A stretch of 64,000 nt of DNA. Source: Eledone cirrhosa. Lineage: Eukaryota. The stretch spans positions 35,650,001-35,714,000 of the forward strand of contig OZ024747.1 of assembly GCA_964016885.1 (NCBI GenBank), in the 5' to 3' direction. This document shows, one piece after another, positions 55,603 to 64,000 of the stretch. The position numbers were made by a program, and so were the translations under genes. Within the stretch, counting starts at the first letter, position 1. Each line of letters opens with the position of its first letter. A model generated the notes under the pieces. The model saw only the letters and a program-made list of their open reading frames with translations, searched no databases and was not told the origin of the DNA.

Positions 55603-56400
55603 GCATATTTTCAACGAACATTCCACATATTACAATGACGTTCTTGCTAGGAGTGGATTTGTCGATAAGGTAGCATATACAGAGTACGAGAATTGACCTA
55701 GAAGAGATACATCCTGACGCATTATATGGTATAACTCACCATATAATATAGAGGTGGCCATACCATTAGCTAAGATCTTTCTATCTTTTATTACGAAGCA
55801 TTTTTCCCCCTACACATAAATATAGTAACATTTTTAATAGAAATACTATTAAAACTTCTTACTCTATGACTCCTAACCTTACACATAACATCACAGCTTC
55901 AAATTTAGCTAAACTACCTAGCCATAGGAACACGTGCAACCCTGTAGTTAGTACTAACGGTAATTGTAGGAATCGGGTTGATTGCCCCCTATACGGGAAA
56001 TGCCTCTCTAGTAACATTGTCTACAAATGTAATGTTGAAACACCCACGTCCCGTAGGGCCTAAATAGGGTTAACCGCCAATAGATTCAAGCAGCGTCTTT
56101 ACATGCATACCCATTCTTTTCGTTACCTTTTAAGAAGGAATATAACGTAATTTTCAGCTTATATCTGGAGTCTAAAAGACAACCACACCGAATATAAATT
56201 ACAGTGGGAGATCCTGGCTAGAGCTAGATCGTATAACGGAAATAAAAGACCATGTGACCTCTGCGCCGCTGAGGCCCTGGAAATACTCTACGCCACAGAC
56301 CACATCTTAAACAAAAATCTGAGGCAATTTCGGCTTGCAAACAAAAATTGCACAAAACTTTCCTGTATTACAGCCCCACATTAAACCCTAACGGATAGTA
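55602..56400 (+). mobile_element. PLE remnant, thumb + GIY-YIG
   Basis: IIWYNSPY, KHFSP.HKYSNIFNRNTIKTSYS, NCRNRVDCPLYGKCLSSNIVYKC, *IGLTANRFKQR, CDLCAAE. Confidence 0.88.
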
Positions 56401-56934
56401 CGATCTATACGCGGATATTTTACGTCTTGATGTGGTAGCTAAGTATATGTTATGTTTATACCATTACTTATTTGCATAGGTAAGTATATATTACCTGTAT
56501 GTTTTGTGAAGGTACGTATACTTTCTTGTACGCATATTTGATTGTATATGTTATGGCGTATATTTTATATATTCTGGTACATACGCTTTTGGTTATGTGT
56601 ATACGTGAATTTTGTGTCGGTGTGAGTATGCAGGTTCGTACGTATGTAGGGTGTGTGTATATGTGCACTTCGTGTTTTGGCTGACGTACGTCTGCGAACA
56701 TTTGTGTATTTACATGTAGGTATGTGTGTGCGCTTGTTATATACGTATTTATTTATTTATATACGTTTATTTAATTATTTGTATACACGAACACACACAC
56801 ACACATTTTTATACGTGCGTGTATTTGTATACCTATGGCGAGTGTTTTCGCGTATGCTTGTTAATGTACGTATATGGATGCGTGTATGTATTTATTTAAT
56901 TTCAATTACCCATGTATTTTATTTACATTATTCT

Positions 56935-57395
56935 TAACTCTAAAGCGGAAAATCATTCGGTTTCCTAGTTAGAATTTTAGTCTACGACTTCAGTTATAAC
57001 ATTTACGTGGTTTTGTCTTTGCGTGCAATTGTACTCCACGGTCCACATATGACGTATTATCTTCGTTTTTTCCGATCATAATTGGAGAACGTCTCTATGA
57101 ACCACCTAAGAGAATATTAGTCTACGACTTCTGTTATACCATAAACGTGGTTCTGTCTTTGCGTGTAATTGTTTTTCGCCGCTCCAAATAATCACGTTTT
57201 ATATTCGTTTTTTCCCGTTCTTTGCCAGGGAACGTTTCCACGAACCAAAGTATCGTCTTCCTGTCTTCCACCGGTTGCAACGTTTTTTGAAAAATTCACT
57301 TCTGCGTTCACAGATTGACTTTGTTAGTTTCAGAAGATCCCGCTAAGGGTGAAAGCCGCGATTCTTCGCTTAAACATTAATCTGTAATTTTAATA
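56935..57395 (+). mobile_element. Family D copy with internal partial duplication and CAGAAGA HHR (57326-57375)
   Basis: agaat.ttagtctacgacttc occurs at about 56971 and 57110; agttt CAGAAGA t ccc-gctaa-ggg t GAAAGC...GCTT aaac. Confidence 0.8.
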
Positions 57396-58449
57396 AATAT
57401 ATATATGTGTATGTATATATATATATATAAAATAATATTAAACACGGCACTACATAACGTAGTAGTTTCAGTGGTGTTGGAAAATCACATGCTTTATGTT
57501 TATTCAAATAAAAATAATATCCCCAAACAATATCACGGAGAAAATAGGCTGTCATGAAAAACGTATTCGAAGAATTTGACAATAACTACAAGAAATATAA
57601 GTTACTATTTGGCTGATAAACGCAACACAGTAATCATGAGACAAAAAGTAAACAAAATTCTTTCATCTACTAAAAAACAATACAATGCATGCTGACTAAC
57701 ACTAACGTTATCATTCATTGAAAATATTTTTTTTTTATGTATTATTACGTTCTTCAGGAGACAAACGGTTGTTTTCCATTTCTCAAAACCATAAATTGAA
57801 ATGTTCAAAAGAACGAATACGAAGGAAAACACTATATATTCCACCATGGATATTGCAACATATATTATTGTAAAAACATGAATATGAGGCATGCGGCTTT
57901 AACAATGTAACATAACATGTTTACTATACATATTGAACAAATAAAAAAGAACATAATGTATATAGATATATATTAATATCTATCTAATGCAGTTTCTGTT
58001 TCCTGTTTATTACAATACAACCTGCAGAAAAAAATGACTAAATACAATATACAAATATATATTATCAAACATTTGAATATTTACACGCGGAAATTTCTTT
58101 CTGGCAGGCGGTATGTAATATCCATTTGCACTGCAACATCTGCATATGAATTTCATCGCCTAACGACTTGATGTAAAGAAGCCAAATCGTCTATATTATT
58201 TGCTAACAAAAAGAGTTAATTATAAATGTCATTCTTCCAAATATATTGAATACTTAATGAAATATTATGACCATATTATATAGCTCCCATGTAAGGCGGT
58301 TATGTACATCGCCGGTTCATAGATATTATTTAAATATATATGTATATATATATATAGTAATAATAATAAATTTGAAGACTAAAATGCAGAGAGGGCTCGA
58401 TAAGGATAAATATATATCAGATATAAAAGAACCGTAGAGCACATATTTA

Positions 58450-58525
58450 TTAAAATAACAAATTAAAGTTTAAGCAAAGAATCCGTGCTTTCACCCTTAA
58501 CGGGATCTTCTGAAACTTTAATCTG

Positions 58526-58532
<7 letters not shown>
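58450..58532 (-). mobile_element. Family D micro-insertion: HHR only, folded back at helix I
   Basis: HHR(-) 58467-58517, then aaactttaatctgttatt in the opposite orientation. Confidence 0.78.
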
Positions 58533-58563
<31 letters not shown>

Positions 58564-58567
58564 CATT

Positions 58568-58842
58568 CTAGGGCGGGTAAAAAACCCGAGATCCATGGAC
58601 GAGTTCTCTCCAGCGGTTTCTGTCCCTTATTATCGCTGTCATGTCCTGCATCTCCAACAGACCAGTCTCTGTCCTTAGGGCATCAACATACGTTAACCTT
58701 GGACTTCCTCTTCCAGTGTGTCCATGTAGGGGCTCCCACGCGATCACTGAATGCAATGTCAACTCTGGATGTCGATGGGCATGTCCCGCTAACCTCAGTC
58801 TCCTCTGTGTCACTATTGAGCTGACTTTTGGGAGGCTCCTAT
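58568..58842 (-). pseudogene. RTE-clade LINE 3' fragment (same family as 21080)
   Basis: QRRLRLAGHAHRHPELTLHSV.AWEPLHG...DRNRWRELVHGSRVFYPP*. Confidence 0.9.
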
Positions 58843-59767
58843 ATATGAACAAGTAATCAATTAACATATATATATATGTATATAAAATAAACATATGAAA
58901 CAATCACGGGATAATTTGTAGAGAGTGTAAGCACACACAGCTAGGTAGGTAACTAATTAAAGTTTAACGAGAACTTCAAATATCGATACCTTTTAAAAAT
59001 GATTAATATCCTTTGTATATATGTCATTAAATAAAGAAATACATTTCACCATCAATGGATCGGTAAATCACAGAAGTCAAATCTCGGATCGTCAGCAAAG
59101 GAGAACATTTAACTCTCTGTTACACAGCAAATGCAAATCTGTGAACAACTCGAAGCACGTGTTGCACATTTAAAAAAGAATACACACATCGTACAAGCGT
59201 CATCCCAGTGGCGTGAATAGGATTATCGACAGCTAGAAATAGCAGCCAAATCCTTTCAACTTGATATAAATGGTCGGATCTATTCATTGGAATCTTTGAG
59301 CATATTCTACAGTGTTTATGGCACATGTTTCTCAGACATGACATCCTTAACTTAATTTTGGTTATATATATATATATATAGAGAGAGAGAGATAAGCATA
59401 ACATGTAAACAGGACAACATCTACTGACTAACAGACACATGAATTTTTATCTCGTAAAAAACTTTCTGTGTGAAATTTCGTACATTAATTTGGTATTACA
59501 TTTGTAATACCAGTTTGTGCAACGGATTAGGGAACCGTTTTGTTAAGATATATGTGAGATAATAACGTAATAAATGTATAGACCAATTCCCTGTATCTTT
59601 CAAACAAAACATAGATAAATATATTAATAAATAAAACGTCGTAAAACTAATACTAGAAATATGTAATGCACGCATAACATAAAATATATGAAAGACACCA
59701 AGGCTGGAAGAAATCTATACACCTAGAACAAATCAAAAGTAGTCGCTGGATGTTTATATACGTAAAT

Positions 59768-59877
59768 AATTATTTCTACAATAGGCACAAGGCCAGCAAT
59801 TATCCCAGTGTATTACTGGTACTTTATTTTATCGAACCCCGTTAGGATGAAAGGCAGGCAAAGTTAACCTCGACGGT
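59768..59877 (-). mobile_element. Meta-core SINE 3' half
   Basis: ctggtactttattttatcgaaccccgttaggatgaaaggca. Confidence 0.8.
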
Positions 59878-60088
59878 AAATCGTACAATCCAAAATCAAA
59901 GCCAGAAATAGACAAAACACCCAGTGGATAAGACCAGCAAACACGTAACTAATATATTCATTAAAACAAAGTCAATTTGAAAACGAAATTCCTGCTTTAG
60001 TCATCATCTATATTTCCGGACTCATATTCATTTAATGCAACCACTAACCTGCCCCAAATACCAGTATGGCGGAGGAAATCCTTTTTAA

Positions 60089-60364
60089 AGTTGCAGTTGT
60101 ATTCTCATTGCGAAAGGTAGCCGTGAACAGCTTGATACTATTTGCATAGCAAAAAATGTTTTGTGTTAAGATATAACGACAAATTGGAGTAAGAGTGGGA
60201 GAGGGAAGGGGAAAGAGAGTCAAAGTATTTGATGGGAAGCTGATGATTCAGATAACGCTAAGTTCCTTGTTCTCTTTAGTATGTTCCCTCCATCCTTTTA
60301 TCCATTCCTCCGTCTTTCTCAACAAGTTCTGCTCCATTGTTTTCGTTACCATTTCCTCCTCTCA

Positions 60365-60443
<79 letters not shown>

Positions 60444-60588
60444 ACCCTCTCATTTCTCATACTTTGACACTCTTTCTCCCTCTTTCTCCCACTCTCCGTT
60501 CAATTAGTGGTTATATCTTAACCCCAAACATGTTTTGCCATGCAAATAGTATCCAGCTGTTCACGGCTACCTATCGCACTGAGAATAC
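60089..60588. repeat. Diverged inverted repeat (~145-bp arms) around a spacer with (CT)n
   Basis: 60089-60235 versus 60452-60588, e.g. aggtagccgtgaacagct / agctgttcacggctacct. Confidence 0.8.
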
Positions 60589-63500
60589 TCAAATTCTACG
60601 CATATTCATAATGACTCATCGCTTCAAACCTTTTCAGTTAATATATATATATGTGTGTGTGTGTGAGTGTGTGCCCTTTGTTGTTTGGGGATGCACTTAT
60701 TTTGATTATTTATAACCTACAATGTATTAACGGAGTAAATATACCCTTTATATATGGATGAACGTAACGTCTTTCGTTTACGAATAGTACAGCGACAGTC
60801 ACAGTAACGTTGAGAACAATTAATCTAACAATTAGACTTTTCTCAACTGTAATACAACTGCTCATTAAAATACTATTCACATTAAACTATGATTCTGTTT
60901 TGAACATTTTGGCTGGTAATATGTATGATATTTTAGGCAATTTCTTAACCTAGTGAGTCAAATATGTACAATAAATACTTTCTATTTTACATTGTATTGT
61001 TGATATAATACAAATAACATTTTAGAAAACGTATAAGCATTTCCCGGGCAACAGTTTTATAAACACCTCTATAAAAGCATTACCGATAATTTGAGTTAAT
61101 ACTTGGGTGTTTGACCCGTGTATTTGTATCTGAAAAGCCATAACTAAAATTTGATTATTGTTAAAACTTTTCAGTTCTATTTATTTTAAATTTACTCATG
61201 AAATAATTGACATTAGTTCAAAACTACAGACACAAAAACCTACGCAAAACAAAGTTATGTTTATCATCAAAATTAAAGTAATACATTTCGCAAATAATGC
61301 ATCGACGAATAATGCTATATGACTGTGGCGTATAGTAGGCACACATAGAAATTAAGATGGGTGAAGTGTAGTTGAGTTTGTTGGTAATGTAATGCATTTC
61401 AAACCATTTATCAAATGTAAAGGTTATTTTATTTCTTTACGGCAATAGGCATTTTGGATTGAGAAATGATATCTATTCTAACATTTTTTATGATAGAAAT
61501 AAGAAATCCATTGAAATATCAGTATCTGAATCGGTCCCATATAATTATTATCTATTCTGTACAATATTACATGTATGTATGGACCCGTAAAAGCGGCTTA
61601 GAAATATAACGCGAGCAAGTGTGGAAGAAATATGGTGTAAAATCCAAACCTAGTACTGGGTTGTTACATTTTAAATAGACCTCAAAAAGATGAAAATAAA
61701 AGTTGGTTTCGGCAGCACTTGAACAAGGAACTCATAGAGATGGAATGAAATCTATGCAACAAGTGAGTTGCTGGAAAAAGAAAAACAATAAAAAGCAGGT
61801 CACCTACGGCTGATCAGTAATTAACGACAACGCACGATGTAGAAAGAACATCTGTGTATAACTTTATGTATCTCCCAGCGTTGTCTTTCCTAGTCCTAGG
61901 TTTGGTAAAATACTGTAACAGCCCAGGGTGGTGGATGATCAGTACTAGATATTTGACAAAAATATCCCAGGCTGCTTGCTAGCCAAATTCCTTCACAAGA
62001 GATTGGGTTTTGTCCATCTGACAAAAGCAGAATACTATTATTATTTACTATGTGAGTTTCATTGTATCCAGGATTGCTAAAACGCTGCTAAATGTCGGTC
62101 AAATGCACTCCTATGATCCACTAAATTATAGAATGCAGAAAAACAATACTTGCAGAAACACAAGAAGATACATATACACCTACCACACAAACACACACAT
62201 ACCTCTGTGTGCGTGTGTATGTGTGCATATTTTCGTGATGAGAACGAGAAATTACAGCTGGAGACAGAGGGAATAGATTTTTAGGAAGACAGTGTGCCTA
62301 GGAAAAATATAGTAATGTCATTATATGTGAGAGAATAAGATTATGGGAATGTGGGTTTATCCATTTAATGTAAGCTAAACTAAACTACTGTCGTGTGACA
62401 TCAATCGAGTCTCTGTATTCAGAAATATTCTTTCATACATAAAGCTTAGAAACGTATTTGCAGATATTGCCAGGTATTTTGAAAAGGAAATTAATATAAT
62501 AGATTTACCTGGATGCTTTCATCGTAATAATTTTCTGTTCAGCAGGAAGAATAGATATTTTCAGTCGGGAAGGATTTCATATAAAATATGTCTATTTCAT
62601 TAATGGGTAGTTTATATATTATATCACGAACTTATATGAAAGGAAAGTCTTTGAATCCTCTCCTGCCTCTCTCTTATGGTGGCAACGATGTTTCTCCCTC
62701 ATCTCCCTCCAGTCTCTCGCTCTCCCTTTACGGATATATACACATACAACGACACACATGTGTATATATAAGAGAGAGAGTTTGATAGATACAGAGAGAG
62801 AGAAGTGGGGAGAGAAGACAAGGACATACGTTTATAAGTGCATGACTAAAAAATGCATTTATAAATGAAATATCCGTGAACATACGGCAATTACTTAGAT
62901 ATGGCATTTGTGCTGCAAACATAATATCTATTGTGTAATATTGCCTGCTGATGTTGTTTCATATGTAGTAAAACAAGATTTCCGCCTAGCACGCACTACC
63001 AATGTCTTGAAATGAGATTTAAATTATTATTTCAATAATTGATAATTCGCTGCATTAGTGATATATTTTAAACAAAAGCAAACAACATTATACCACATTA
63101 ATAACCTCCAAATGGAGTATTATCAAATGATTTGATAATAGAATGCCTTCTATATTTTACTTTACCGATCTATTCACTGATACTATATAATTTCAGAATC
63201 TGTCAAAATATAGTATATACAATATTCATAACAAATATGTGACTATGTAGTAAGTAAGTTATTTTAGATCATGCTCACGCACATTTTGGTTTGTTTTCGC
63301 TGCTTTCAACTTTTGTTAAGTGGTACTTGCCAGAACCCCAGTTTGACTAATGCATTGAGAATGAAAGTGTGTGCCCAGACCACCAATGGAAACCCATCGG
63401 ATGGAAAACTATAGTATTCAATAATATCTATATTGTGTTTCAATTTATGGTTTAATATTGCAGATTTATGTTTTTAATATTCCAATAGGATATGAGAAGT

Positions 63501-64000
63501 AGTAACCGAAATTCGATGTGTTCACTTTTTAAGCATTGCTGCAGTCAAATATATTGTGTCAGAAATGTTGTTTATTTCTCAGAGAATAATCAAATATTTC
63601 AGGCATTTGTACAATTAATTCTCAACGGTAGTCCCCATAATATCCATAGCCAAAAGTAAACGTTAGTATAAGAATTGATTGAACAGAATATGTTTCTCTT
63701 TAGGGTGCATGAAACTAATCTTCAATCAACAGCTTATGTATTGGACATGACTGACTATTATATATTCAAATTTAATTTGTATTGGGGAAAGGCAAATGGA
63801 TAGGAAGGGAAAACATGCGGGATGTATCAGAGAACAGGGCAATATATATAATATTGATTTCATCTTCATAATGCTTGGTAACCTAGGCAATCGATTCTAT
63901 AATCCATTTGTTCCTATGGTGTATATGAACATTGCTAATGAAATAGCGAATTGAATTTGTAGTTCCGTTTGCATTTTATAAATATGGGATTAGAAGATAT

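Overview
AT-rich eukaryotic non-genic DNA with no supportable host gene. The SINE/RTE repertoire and dense (TA)n/(CT)n/(GT)n tracts suggest an octopod cephalopod (inference). Most of the window is mobile DNA inserted in or beside (TA)n microsatellites: at least eight Penelope-like element (PLE; RT + GIY-YIG) remnants of three protein types, RTE-clade LINE fragments, one CRE-like RLE retrotransposon, two tRNA-SINE families and several Helitrons. The strongest hidden signal is roughly 30 type-I hammerhead ribozyme (HHR) motifs, intact or decayed, found by eye. Some lie in PLE pseudo-LTRs. Others lie in non-coding families: a ~440-nt tandem unit and a ~520-540-nt tandem unit that look like retrozymes (candidate circular RNAs), families with a compensatory U3-A8 core (TTGAAAA), and a family with a fixed CAGAAGA core. 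Many insertions are fold-back palindromes with 1-2 nt loops or carry 5' inversions. All structures were paired manually, element ends are approximate, and no activity or database novelty is shown.
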